From Bacteroidota bacterium (lineage in GTDB: Bacteria; Bacteroidota; Bacteroidia; 2-12-FULL-35-15), in NCBI GenBank assembly GCA_016707685.1, contig JADJHE010000004.1:60007-124006 (forward strand): DNA of 64,000 bases, in the 5' to 3' direction. Each line of letters begins with the position of its first letter. Position 1 is the first letter of the stretch. This document shows, one piece after another, positions 20,697-30,419 of this stretch. The notes below the pieces were generated by a model that was given only the letters and a program-made list of their open reading frames with translations, had not been told where the DNA came from and did no database searches. Position numbers and translations under genes: made by a program.

Positions 20697-21846
20697 ATGC
20701 TTAAACTACTTACCGTAATAGGAGCTCGACCACAAATTATAAAAGCGGCTGCATTAAGCAGGGCTATTCAAAAAAGTTATTCCGAAAAAATAACCGAAGT
20801 TATTGTTCATACTGGACAACATTACGATGAAAACATGTCGCAAGTTTTCTTTGATGAACTCAACATCCCTCAACCAAATTACAACTTAAATGTTGGGTCT
20901 GGCAGCCATGGAAAGCAAACTGCATCAATGATTGAAGGAATTGAAGAGATTCTTTTAAAAGAAAAGCCAAATGCAATTGTGTTGTATGGAGATACGAATT
21001 CGACCTTAGCAGGTGCCATTGCTGCATCAAAAATCCAAGTTCCGGTTGTGCATATTGAAGCAGGGTTGCGTTCATTCAACAAATCGATGCCCGAAGAAAT
21101 TAATCGCATCATGTGCGACCATGTTTCTACCTTATTATTTTCACCAACCAAAGTTGGATACACCAATTTGCTTGCAGAAGGATTTAAAGAAAACAACAAA
21201 GCACCTTTCAACTTTCGATAATCCCAAAATATATCACTGTGGTGATGTTATGTATGATAACAGTTTGTACTTTTCGACTGTTGCTGAAAACACATCATCC
21301 ATCCTAACCGACAATGCGATTGAAAAAGGAAAATTCATACTTGCAACCATACACCGCAATAACAATACAGACGAACCAGAGCGATTAAATGCTTTATTTT
21401 CGGCAATCAATAAAATAGCCACAGAAAACAACATAACGGTGGTATTGCCTTTACACCCTCGTACAGCTAAATTATTACCACAAAATTTAAATGCCGAATT
21501 ATACAGCACAGTAAAAACAAATAAATTAATAAAAATAATTCCACCGGTTTCATTTTTAGAAATGATTGCCTTGGAAAAAAATGCAGAACTAGTAATAACA
21601 GATAGTGGAGGTGTTCAAAAAGAAGCGTTCTTTTTTGAAAAACCATGTATTATACTGCGTTCAGAAACTGAATGGGTTGAATTAGTTGAATGCGGATCCG
21701 CTAAAATAACAGATGCTGACGAGCAAAAAATAATTGAGGCCTATCGTCATTTTAAAGACAATAAAAAATTACAATTCCCTAAACTTTTTGGCAATGGAAA
21801 AGCATCGGAATTTATTTGTTCTGAAATTTTAACTCACATACACTAA
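20697..21846 (+). CDS. wecB: UDP-N-acetylglucosamine 2-epimerase (non-hydrolysing), frameshifted at the T3 run 21213-21215
   Basis: N-terminus LTVIGARPQIIKAAAL...HTGQHYD. ORF2 (DNPKIYHCGDVMYD...) continues in the +1 frame. T2 instead of T3 joins them. Confidence 0.85.
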
Positions 21847-21847
21847 A

Positions 21848-23152
21848 GTGCTACTGATATACACACATAAAATAACTCATAGAAACAAGTATACATTCAA
21901 CTTGTTTTTTAAAGATATATTGGGAATTGACTTTACACTTATTGATAATATAGAGGATTTTAAAAAGTCTGATTTGCCAAAATTATCATACACCCTCAAT
22001 CCCATTGGTGGTGAGGTTTTTTTTACTTCACGAAATTTATTATTTGAAAGTGGAATTACGGAACAAAACATTTCACTATTTGACTATAATTCACACAAAG
22101 TGTTTTTTGCAACAGGAAAAGCTTCCGCTTTACCATTTGATGTGTTTGCTGCAAGCTTTTATTTAGTAAGTCGTTACGAAGAATATTTGCCACATATACG
22201 AGACGAGCATGATCGCTTCGACGCAAAAGATAGTCTCGCATTTCAAAATGGCTTTTTACAAAAACCTGTTGTAAACAGCTGGGCAAAATGGATTAAAGAT
22301 ATTTTAAAAAGCAAATATCCAGAATTGATATTCCCTCAAAAAAAATATCAATTCACTTCCACCATTGATATTGACAATGCTTATGCGTACCGAGAAAAAG
22401 GTTTCACAAGAAGCTTGGGAGGCTATTTAAAATCATTATCGAAATTTGATTTTAAAGAAATCAAACAACGTACAAGAGTTTTGTTAGGCTTAGAAAAAGA
22501 CCCTTATGACACCTACGAATTTCAATTAGAAATATTAAAAAAATACAAATTTAAAAGTGTTTACTTTTTTTTATTGGGTGATTATGGTGTAAACGATAAA
22601 AACCTACCTATTGAAAGTAAAGAGTTTCAATCATTAATAAAAATGCTTGGCGACTATGCCGAAGTGGGAATACATCCTTCATACGGTTCAAATAAAAGCA
22701 AGGAACAATTAAAAAAAGAGGTTGGTCGTTTGTCGAAAGTATTGCACAGAGATGTAACAAAAAGCAGGCAACATTTTTTAAAATTAACATTGCCAGAAAC
22801 ATATCGTAATCTTATTGACCTTGACATTACAGATGATTACACAATGGGATTTGCATCGCAAGTAGGATTCAGAGCTAGTATTTGTACCCCATTCAATTTT
22901 TATGATTTGGACATGGAACTCGAAACAAAATTAAAAATTCATCCATTTGCAATTATGGAAGGAACACTAAAATATTATATGAATATTTCACCAGCAGATG
23001 CGATGAGTAAAATAAAACCACTTATTGATGAAGTAAAAGCAGTAGATGGTGAATTTATGAGTTTATGGCATAATGATACATTGAACAATCAAAAATTATG
23101 GCTGGGATGGCAAAAAGTTTACGAAGAAATGGCAGAATACGCTACAAACTAA
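21848..23152 (+). CDS. polysaccharide deacetylase-like protein (uncharacterised family)
   Basis: 434 aa. The C-terminal half, with VGIHPSYGS and RQHFLKL, resembles the NodB/polysaccharide-deacetylase fold. The domain assignment is tentative. Confidence 0.45.
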   Translation: MLLIYTHKITHRNKYTFNLFFKDILGIDFTLIDNIEDFKKSDLPKLSYTLNPIGGEVFFTSRNLLFESGITEQNISLFDYNSHKVFFATGKASALPFDVFAASFYLVSRYEEYLPHIRDEHDRFDAKDSLAFQNGFLQKPVVNSWAKWIKDILKSKYPELIFPQKKYQFTSTIDIDNAYAYREKGFTRSLGGYLKSLSKFDFKEIKQRTRVLLGLEKDPYDTYEFQLEILKKYKFKSVYFFLLGDYGVNDKNLPIESKEFQSLIKMLGDYAEVGIHPSYGSNKSKEQLKKEVGRLSKVLHRDVTKSRQHFLKLTLPETYRNLIDLDITDDYTMGFASQVGFRASICTPFNFYDLDMELETKLKIHPFAIMEGTLKYYMNISPADAMSKIKPLIDEVKAVDGEFMSLWHNDTLNNQKLWLGWQKVYEEMAEYATN

Positions 23153-24046
23153 ATGCTAAAACAATTTCTAATAAAATATAGTCCTGAGTTTGTTCTTGAA
23201 TGGGCAAAAACGTTGAAAAAAAATCAACGCAAGAAACAATTATTAGATCAAGAAAAAAACAATACAGGTATTACAAAACAAAAACTAATTGAAGACTTTA
23301 AAAAAATAGGTCTAAAATCAGGTGATTCGGTTCTAGTTCATAGTAGCTTAAGTAAAATAGGCTTTGTTGAAGGTGGTCCATCAACTATTGTTGATGCCCT
23401 CTTTGATGTTATAGGAAAAGAAGGAACACTTTTATTCCCAACATTTCCTGCGAAAGGAAGAAACAAAACACATTTAGAAGAACATCCAATTTTTGATATA
23501 AAAAACACACCATCTCAAATGGGAAGTATTACGGAATATTTCAGAAAACTGGACGGTGTTTATAGAAGTTTTCATCCAACTGATTCTGTTTGTGCTAAAG
23601 GACCTTTAGCTGAATATTATACCAATTCGCATTTCGGACAATTAACGCCTTACAATGAACATTCTCCATTTCGAAAATTATGTGCAAAAAGAGGAAAAAT
23701 ATTAATGCTCGGAACAACACTAAATGGCGCATGTACCAATTTGCATACACTCGAAGATGCTGTTGATTTTAAATATCCAGTATATGATGCTACCATTTTT
23801 GAAGTAAAAATGATTGATGAAAAAGGTAAAGAACAAAGCATGAAAACAAAAGTTCATAATCCCGACTATTCTGCTAAACGAAATTGTGATGCCCTTAAAC
23901 CTTTATTTGAAAAAGAAGGTGTTTTACAAAATGGAAATGTTGGTGAAGCAAAAACAATGCTGATAGATGCTAATAAAATGCTAGAAGTAATGATAAAAAA
24001 TTACACAGAAAAGGGAATAACCATGTACACTCCATTTGGAAGCTAA
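23153..24046 (+). CDS. AAC(3)-family (Antibiotic_NAT) acetyl-CoA-dependent N-acetyltransferase
   Basis: Motifs GDSVLVHSSLSKIGFVEGGPSTIVDAL, GTLLFPTF, FHPTDSVCA and GKILMLGT are typical of the aminoglycoside 3-N-acetyltransferase fold. Confidence 0.6.
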   Translation: MLKQFLIKYSPEFVLEWAKTLKKNQRKKQLLDQEKNNTGITKQKLIEDFKKIGLKSGDSVLVHSSLSKIGFVEGGPSTIVDALFDVIGKEGTLLFPTFPAKGRNKTHLEEHPIFDIKNTPSQMGSITEYFRKLDGVYRSFHPTDSVCAKGPLAEYYTNSHFGQLTPYNEHSPFRKLCAKRGKILMLGTTLNGACTNLHTLEDAVDFKYPVYDATIFEVKMIDEKGKEQSMKTKVHNPDYSAKRNCDALKPLFEKEGVLQNGNVGEAKTMLIDANKMLEVMIKNYTEKGITMYTPFGS

Positions 24047-25037
24047 AATGAAAATATACATTACACTCGACTATGAAATTTACTTTGGTGAAAACCATGG
24101 TACGGTAGAGAAGTGTATTATCTATCCTACAAATGAACTGATCAGAATCGCGGAAAAAAATGGAGTTCGCTTTGTGTTTTTTGTAGACATTGGATTTATT
24201 ATTAAGCTAAATGAATTTAGAAAAAAATATCCTGAACTGGAAACGGATTATCTTGCAATTACTAATCAGGTAAAGTATCTATCCGATACAGGACACGATG
24301 TACAGTTACACATACATCCGCATTGGGAGGATAGTTTTTACAATGGAACAAAATGGATCATTGATGTAAAACGATATAAATTATCCGATTTTAACAACAC
24401 AGAAATCAACACCATTGTAAGCAAATACAAAGCTGCTCTTTTTGCGATTACGAATAAGCCCATCTTTTCCTTTAGAGCTGGAGGCTGGTGTATTCAGCCC
24501 TTTGACAAGTTTAAAAATGCATTTATTAAAAACGGTATAACGCTCGATAGTAGTGTTTTCAAAAATGGAAAATATGAATCGAGGGAGTATGCATATGATT
24601 TTACTGCCGCTCCTGATAAAGACATCTATCCATTTGAAGATGATGTAAACATTGAACAAAAAAATGGGCAGTTCACTGAATTACCAATTAGTTCCATTAA
24701 AAATTCTCCACTCTTTTTTTGGACATTATTTTTATTAGGTCGAAAAAATCCATATTTACATAAACCTCTGGGCGATGGCAGAGCAATGCCAGCACCTGGA
24801 TATAGAAAAAAATTATTGACTCATTTTACTAACAATCCTGTTTCGGTTGATGGATACAATGCAACCTTACTTCAAAAAGCATTGAATAGGCTTTCAACTA
24901 AAAACAAAAATCACATGGTGATTATTGGTCACCCGAAAGCATTATCACGATTATCTTTGCAAAAAATTGAGGGCTTTGTAATCAAAAACAAAGACAAGCA
25001 TCAATTCACAACATTTAGCAACGAGTTTTTGAAATGA
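24036..25037 (+). CDS. polysaccharide deacetylase-like protein (paralogous in fold to 21848..23152)
   Basis: VQLHIHPHWED and FSFRAGGWCIQP motifs. The real start is possibly the ATG at 24048. Confidence 0.45.
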   Translation: MEAKMKIYITLDYEIYFGENHGTVEKCIIYPTNELIRIAEKNGVRFVFFVDIGFIIKLNEFRKKYPELETDYLAITNQVKYLSDTGHDVQLHIHPHWEDSFYNGTKWIIDVKRYKLSDFNNTEINTIVSKYKAALFAITNKPIFSFRAGGWCIQPFDKFKNAFIKNGITLDSSVFKNGKYESREYAYDFTAAPDKDIYPFEDDVNIEQKNGQFTELPISSIKNSPLFFWTLFLLGRKNPYLHKPLGDGRAMPAPGYRKKLLTHFTNNPVSVDGYNATLLQKALNRLSTKNKNHMVIIGHPKALSRLSLQKIEGFVIKNKDKHQFTTFSNEFLK

Positions 25038-25954
25038 TACACTACATAGAGCAAAAAAATATTGACAAAAAAAAGTGGGACGCCTGTATTCAAACAAGCA
25101 CCTCTCCTAGCATTTTTGTTTATTCGTGGTATCTTGATGTGGTTTGCCCCAATTGGAGTGCACTAATTTTAAATGATTACGAAGCAGTATTCCCTCTTGC
25201 TTCCAATAGTAAACTATCCATTCAATATCTATATCAACCTCTATTTACAAGATATTTAGGTGTTTACTCAAAAACGAGTATTACAGAAAATTTAGTTTCT
25301 GATTTTTTTGATGCAATCCCTAAACATTTTAAATACATTGAATTTTGTATTCACGAAAACAACCTATTTAATCGCGTTGATTTTAATAAAAAAGAACGAT
25401 TATTTCAAACGCTATCATTAATGCAGAGTTATGATCAGTTATTAGATAATTTTAAAGGAGACGCCAAAAGGAATCTTAAAAAAGCCGAAAAGCATCAATT
25501 AGTTATTACAGAAAATGTTCAACCAAAAGATGTTGTTGATTTATTTAAAAACAATAAAGGAAAAGAGCTTACTGGTTTAAACAAAGAAGATTACAGCACA
25601 CTAGAAAATTTGATGATAGTAGCGCTCAAAAATAATTCAGGGATAATACTAGGGATTCAAAACAATCAAAACAAACTCATTGCAGCTGGATTTTTCATAA
25701 AATCTAAAACTGAAATTTTATTTTTAAAAGGAAGCGCTGACGCTGAGGGGAAATCAGTTGGAGCAATGTACTTATTACTGAATTTTATTTTCAAAAATTA
25801 TAGTCAAAAGTTTGAAAAATTTGATTTTGGAGGCTCTTCCGTTGAAACAGTTGCTAGCTTTAATCGTAATTTTGGTGCTAAAGATTCCGTATATTTGCAA
25901 GTGAAAAGAAACAGATTACCCCTTTTAATTAGATTGATGAGCGGTAAAAAATAA
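25034..25954 (+). CDS. FemAB-like GNAT-fold acyltransferase (Acetyltransf_6-like)
   Basis: 306 aa with the duplicated GNAT-like architecture typical of FemABX / peptidoglycan-bridge family proteins. Start overlaps the upstream gene by 4 nt. Confidence 0.45.
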   Translation: MIHYIEQKNIDKKKWDACIQTSTSPSIFVYSWYLDVVCPNWSALILNDYEAVFPLASNSKLSIQYLYQPLFTRYLGVYSKTSITENLVSDFFDAIPKHFKYIEFCIHENNLFNRVDFNKKERLFQTLSLMQSYDQLLDNFKGDAKRNLKKAEKHQLVITENVQPKDVVDLFKNNKGKELTGLNKEDYSTLENLMIVALKNNSGIILGIQNNQNKLIAAGFFIKSKTEILFLKGSADAEGKSVGAMYLLLNFIFKNYSQKFEKFDFGGSSVETVASFNRNFGAKDSVYLQVKRNRLPLLIRLMSGKK

Positions 25955-25962
25955 TTACAACC

Positions 25963-26610
25963 ATGGTACACATTTTAGGAAACAGCAATTCGGTTTTTAA
26001 TGAATACATAGCCGAAATAAGAGACGAAAAAGTTCAAAAAGATAGTATGCGTTTTCGTAGAAATATGGAGCGTATGGGTGAAATTATGGCTTATGAAATA
26101 AGTAAAACACTTGTTTACGAAAACCGTGAAACAATCACACCGCTCGGAATTGCAAATGTATCCAGAATAAAAGAACAACCTGTAATTGCTACAATATTGA
26201 GAGCAGGCTTATCTGTTCACAATGGATTTCTAAGCTACTTTGACAAAGCTGAAAATGCATTTATTTCTGCTTATCGTAAACATCATAAAGATGGAAGTTT
26301 TGATATTCAAGTAGAATATATGGCTTGTCCTAACCTTACGGATAAAACATTAATTCTTTGCGATCCGATGCTGGCTACTGGCGCATCGATGGTTTTAACT
26401 TATAAAGCTTTACTACAAAGAGGTAAACCTCGTCATATTCACATTGTGTCTGTTATTGCTAGTACAGAAGGTGTTGATTATGTAAAAAAACATTTACCGG
26501 AAAATGTTACTATTTGGTGTGGAGCAGTTGATGAAGAGCTTACAGCTCAAGCATACATTGTTCCAGGCTTAGGTGATGCCGGAGATTTAGCTTACGGAAA
26601 TAAAATTTAA
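25963..26610 (+). CDS. upp: uracil phosphoribosyltransferase
   Basis: PRPP-binding motif ILCDPMLATGAS and the C-terminal YIVPGLGDAGD. Confidence 0.93.
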   Translation: MVHILGNSNSVFNEYIAEIRDEKVQKDSMRFRRNMERMGEIMAYEISKTLVYENRETITPLGIANVSRIKEQPVIATILRAGLSVHNGFLSYFDKAENAFISAYRKHHKDGSFDIQVEYMACPNLTDKTLILCDPMLATGASMVLTYKALLQRGKPRHIHIVSVIASTEGVDYVKKHLPENVTIWCGAVDEELTAQAYIVPGLGDAGDLAYGNKI

Positions 26611-26621
26611 CTTATAACAAG

Positions 26622-27076
26622 TTGCAACAAGAAATCTGGGAAATAATATCTGTTTTTTTATTAAGTACAGTAAAATTTGTATTCGGTGCAGTTCCAATGG
26701 CATTAGCGATGGGCTTCTCTTTTTTCGAAACAGTTGTTGTTACTTCATTAGGAGGATTTACGGGAGTTATCGTTTTTGTTTTCTTGAGTGATACACTTGT
26801 TAAAAATTTCAAAAAAAGGAAAGAACAAAAAAAGATAGTAAACAACCTGAGGTTGTAAAAAAGAAATTTACTCGCAAAAACAAACTTATTGTTATTATAA
26901 AAAAACGATTTGGAGTTGTTGGCATTTCACTGGCAACACCACTATTATTATCTATACCACTAGGTTGTTTTTTAGCTGTTCGCTATTTTAAAAACAAACA
27001 AGAGATTATTGCATACATGTTTGGCTCAATCCTTTTTTGGTCAGTATCTATTGCTTCCTTCAAATTACTTTTTTAA
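26622..27076 (+). CDS. small membrane protein (~150 aa), frameshifted in the A7 run 26827-26833
   Basis: ORF1 has 2 TM segments. The alternative frame after the A-run continues KKDSKQPEVVKKKFTRKNKLIVIIKKRFGVVGISLATPLLLSIPLGCFLAVRYF... to a stop at 27074-27076. Confidence 0.5.
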
Positions 27077-27765
27077 TGTATCAGCATGTTTTTTTTGATT
27101 TAGACAGAACCCTTTGGGATTTTGAAATTAATTCGCACGAAACATTAATTGAGCTAATTGATAAATATAAATTAACAGAAAAAGGAATTGGTTCGCCCAT
27201 CACTTTTATTGAAGAGTATTACAAAATAAATGACCTTCTTTGGGAAGAATACAGAGAAGGCACAATCAATCAAGAGACGCTTCGTTATGAACGATTTAAC
27301 AGAGCATTGTTAAAATACGAAATCACGGATGTTGAATTAATAAAAAACATTGGTAACGATTACGTTTATTTATCACCTCTAAAAACAAATTTAGTCCCTC
27401 ATACAATTGAAGTATTGGATTATTTGAAATCTAAGTACGATTTGCATATCATAACAAATGGATTTGAAGAAGTGCAACACATTAAGCTTAGCAACTCGGG
27501 CATTGCAAACTATTTTTCTGAAATAATCACTTCTGAACGTGCTGGATTTAAAAAACCCGACAAACGAATTTTTGATTATTCATTGAGTGCAACAAACTCA
27601 TCCAGAGAAAAAAGTATTATGATTGGAGACTGTATAAATGCTGATATACTAGGGGCTAAAAATGCAGGAATACATCAAGTCTATTTTAATCCGGATCAAC
27701 ATTTACATCAAGAAGATATTACTCATGAAATAAGATCCTTAATTGAATTGAAGGAAATTTTATAA
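27076..27765 (+). CDS. HAD-superfamily hydrolase (YjjG-like nucleotidase)
   Basis: Motif I FFDLDRTLWDF directly after the ATG at 27076. HAD motifs IITNG and IGDCINADILGAKNAG. Confidence 0.75.
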   Translation: MYQHVFFDLDRTLWDFEINSHETLIELIDKYKLTEKGIGSPITFIEEYYKINDLLWEEYREGTINQETLRYERFNRALLKYEITDVELIKNIGNDYVYLSPLKTNLVPHTIEVLDYLKSKYDLHIITNGFEEVQHIKLSNSGIANYFSEIITSERAGFKKPDKRIFDYSLSATNSSREKSIMIGDCINADILGAKNAGIHQVYFNPDQHLHQEDITHEIRSLIELKEIL

Positions 27766-28257
27766 TTATGGGAGTGTAATTTCGTTGGAAGTAACAACAT
27801 TGCTTTTGTGTCCCGCTCTATCCGTTAAACTAATTTCAAATTTAACAATTGTATGTCCTGGAACATAAATAGGTGGAACTCTCAATTTTGCTATAATATC
27901 TCCATTCAATGCTTTGTACTGACCATCCGGAGTTAAATTAGGTACACGGTAGGTATAATACAAGGTATCCATAACTGATGTAGAATCAATCGCATCAAAA
28001 GGATGAAATAAATTATCTGTTCCTTTATATAAATACTTCATTTTAAAATCATCTGGACTTTCTGAATCGCCAGGCAATTTACCAATGTCGCCATCACCAT
28101 CTTGAAAAGAAATGATACAATCTGCAGAGTCTAATCCGTATTTAACATATTGAACAAACTCAATAATTGGTTCAGGTGGATAGTCTTTCTCTTTTACACA
28201 TGATGTAAAAAGTGAAATTAGCACTACTAAAAATGGTATGTATTTAAGTTTCATCAT
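27766..28257 (-). CDS. gldD: small lipoprotein immediately downstream of gldE; candidate gliding-motility lipoprotein GldD
   Basis: Lipobox LISLFTSCV. 163 aa. Position and size match the gldE-gldD operon of Flavobacterium johnsoniae. Confidence 0.4.
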   Translation of the reverse strand: MMKLKYIPFLVVLISLFTSCVKEKDYPPEPIIEFVQYVKYGLDSADCIISFQDGDGDIGKLPGDSESPDDFKMKYLYKGTDNLFHPFDAIDSTSVMDTLYYTYRVPNLTPDGQYKALNGDIIAKLRVPPIYVPGHTIVKFEISLTDRAGHKSNVVTSNEITLP

Positions 28258-28322
28258 TACAATACCCTAAAGTTATTCAATTTTATAATAAAAAACTAAG
28301 GATGTCAGTTTTTATTGCATTA

Positions 28323-29588
28323 TTAATTTTCAACCGGCAACAACTTAATACTTACCGTTTCGATTCTAGTTTTAGAAACCATGCGTATTGTAAACAAAAA
28401 ATTATCAATTTTAATTTCTTCGTTTACCTCTGGAATGCTTTCATGATAATGCATCACAAGCCCTCCTATTGTTTCAAAATTTTCCAAAATAGGTAAATTC
28501 AAATTGTACTTATGGTTGATATAATCAGTTTCTAGACGAGCAGAAAAAACAAATTCATCTTCTCCCATCACTTTTTCAATCAATTCTTCCTTATCATGTT
28601 CATTCTCTATTTCACTAAAAATCTTTTCCATAATATCCTCCATTGTAATCATTCCTGATGTTCCACCATATTCATCCACAACAATCGCAATACTCTTGTG
28701 TTGCTGAATAAAAACTGTTAATACTTCATTAGCCGCCATCGATTCGGGAACAATGCTCACTGGCAATAAAATACTCTTAATACTTTCAGGTTGCTTAAAA
28801 AGCTCTTTAGAATATACGTAACCGATAATATTGTCAATATTGTCTGAATAAATCAAAATTTTAGAAAGTCGAGTTTGAATAAATTTTTGTTTTAGCTCTT
28901 GAATAGAGCAATTAACATCCAAAGCAATAATTTCTGTTCTAGGAATCATACATTCCCTTGCCTTAATACTCGAAAAATCCAAGGCATTTTGGAAAATTTG
29001 GATTTCATGCTCCACCTCAGCTTTGCGTTCAACTGCTGCAGTTCCTTCCTTCACATAATTATCCAAGTCAATCATGGTGAATGCGGAGTTCTCCTTTTCT
29101 ATTTTTACACGAAACACCTTTTTTAGAATAAATTCAGAAAGTCCGATTGTGACCATTACAAATGGGTAAAGTATTCCATAAACAATGGTTAGAGGGAAAG
29201 AGAAAAGGGTTAATGTTTTATTTGGATTAATGCGAAATAAATTTTTAGGCAGGTACTCCGCAGTAACAAGAATAAACATAGTAGATAAAAAAGTGGTAAT
29301 TAACAAAACTGCAATTCTAGAAGTAACAAAATTGCCGATAATAGGTTGCAATTCTTCATCCATATAAATACCAAATATTACCAGCGCAATATTATTGCCC
29401 AACAGCATTGTTCCTAAGTAACGAGAAGGATATTTGTTGAAATAAGATAAAATTTTAGCTGAAAAATTCCCTTGCTTGTTTTCAAGCTCAATTCTTAGTT
29501 TATTGGAAGTTATAAATGCAATTTCAAGCCCTGAAAAAAAGGCAGATGCAATGAGCGTTAAAAATATTATGACGACAGATGTTTCCAA
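28323..29588 (-). CDS. gldE: CNNM/CorC-HlyC family membrane protein (DUF21 + CBS pair + CorC_HlyC); candidate gliding-motility protein GldE
   Basis: 4 N-terminal TM helices, tandem CBS domains and a C-terminal CorC/HlyC transporter-associated domain. 421 aa. Confidence 0.65.
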   Translation of the reverse strand: METSVVIIFLTLIASAFFSGLEIAFITSNKLRIELENKQGNFSAKILSYFNKYPSRYLGTMLLGNNIALVIFGIYMDEELQPIIGNFVTSRIAVLLITTFLSTMFILVTAEYLPKNLFRINPNKTLTLFSFPLTIVYGILYPFVMVTIGLSEFILKKVFRVKIEKENSAFTMIDLDNYVKEGTAAVERKAEVEHEIQIFQNALDFSSIKARECMIPRTEIIALDVNCSIQELKQKFIQTRLSKILIYSDNIDNIIGYVYSKELFKQPESIKSILLPVSIVPESMAANEVLTVFIQQHKSIAIVVDEYGGTSGMITMEDIMEKIFSEIENEHDKEELIEKVMGEDEFVFSARLETDYINHKYNLNLPILENFETIGGLVMHYHESIPEVNEEIKIDNFLFTIRMVSKTRIETVSIKLLPVEN

Positions 29589-29591
29589 TTT

Positions 29592-29813
29592 TTATTTTTT
29601 TTCTGAAATTGGTTTTGATTGTTGTTGAGCCGCTTCGTGTTTTTTACGTTGGCGCTTGCGAATAGAATACATTAAGCCGCATGCTAATGTAAATACAAGA
29701 AAATAGATTGCCCCTTCATTATCTTTTACAGTAATAAAATAGGCACACATCACAATACCAATTATACCCATTACTAACCATAGTATTTCGAGTACTTTTA
29801 ATGTTTTATTCAT
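29592..29813 (-). CDS. small 2-TM membrane protein
   Basis: 73 aa with two hydrophobic helices and a basic tail. Confidence 0.4.
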   Translation of the reverse strand: MNKTLKVLEILWLVMGIIGIVMCAYFITVKDNEGAIYFLVFTLACGLMYSIRKRQRKKHEAAQQQSKPISEKK

Positions 29814-30411
29814 CTTTTTTTGTGTTAAATTCTTCGTCTTTAAGAGCGATTTGCCCTTTTACATTTGTAATTTCATATTCGGAAAAATCTTGATTTGCTT
29901 TTAATCCATCACCCCAAATTACTTCATCTTTAGTGGATATTTTTACAAATTCATCTGTATATATTTCTTTTTTTGCAGCATCCCAAATCAAATGCTCTGT
30001 CTCTAGCTTATCTCCTTTTTCATTTATTACAACCACCTTGTTCTTTACTTCCATTTTGCTCATTTGATTTCCATTATCGAAACCAATTCCATAGTTAGCT
30101 GTTAGTTTTGTTTGCTGCTTCCTTTTTTCATTAAAAAATAAAACCTCTAGTCCTTTAGGCAATTCCATGTATGCTTTTTTCCCACCATACCTATTCAACT
30201 CAGGAGCTGTCAGTTTTGCGCGTAGTCGAGCAGAATCACTGTACATGATTTCTACATTCTTTCCCGATTCAACAGGTAATAATTGCTGAATTGAAGCTGT
30301 TACAGAATTCACCTTGGCGATATCGTTTTCACACGAATATAACAATGCTAAAAGCATTGAACAAATAAGTATAGAACTAATGGAGCTTATTTTAATAATA
30401 GACATTATCAA
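29806..30411 (-). CDS. LptC-like periplasmic LPS-export protein (OstA-like fold)
   Basis: N-terminal anchor. The C-terminus LIWDAAKKEIYTDEFVKISTKDEVIWGDGLKANQDFSEYEI resembles LptC. Confidence 0.4.
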   Translation of the reverse strand: MIMSIIKISSISSILICSMLLALLYSCENDIAKVNSVTASIQQLLPVESGKNVEIMYSDSARLRAKLTAPELNRYGGKKAYMELPKGLEVLFFNEKRKQQTKLTANYGIGFDNGNQMSKMEVKNKVVVINEKGDKLETEHLIWDAAKKEIYTDEFVKISTKDEVIWGDGLKANQDFSEYEITNVKGQIALKDEEFNTKKDE

Positions 30412-30419
30412 ACTATAAA

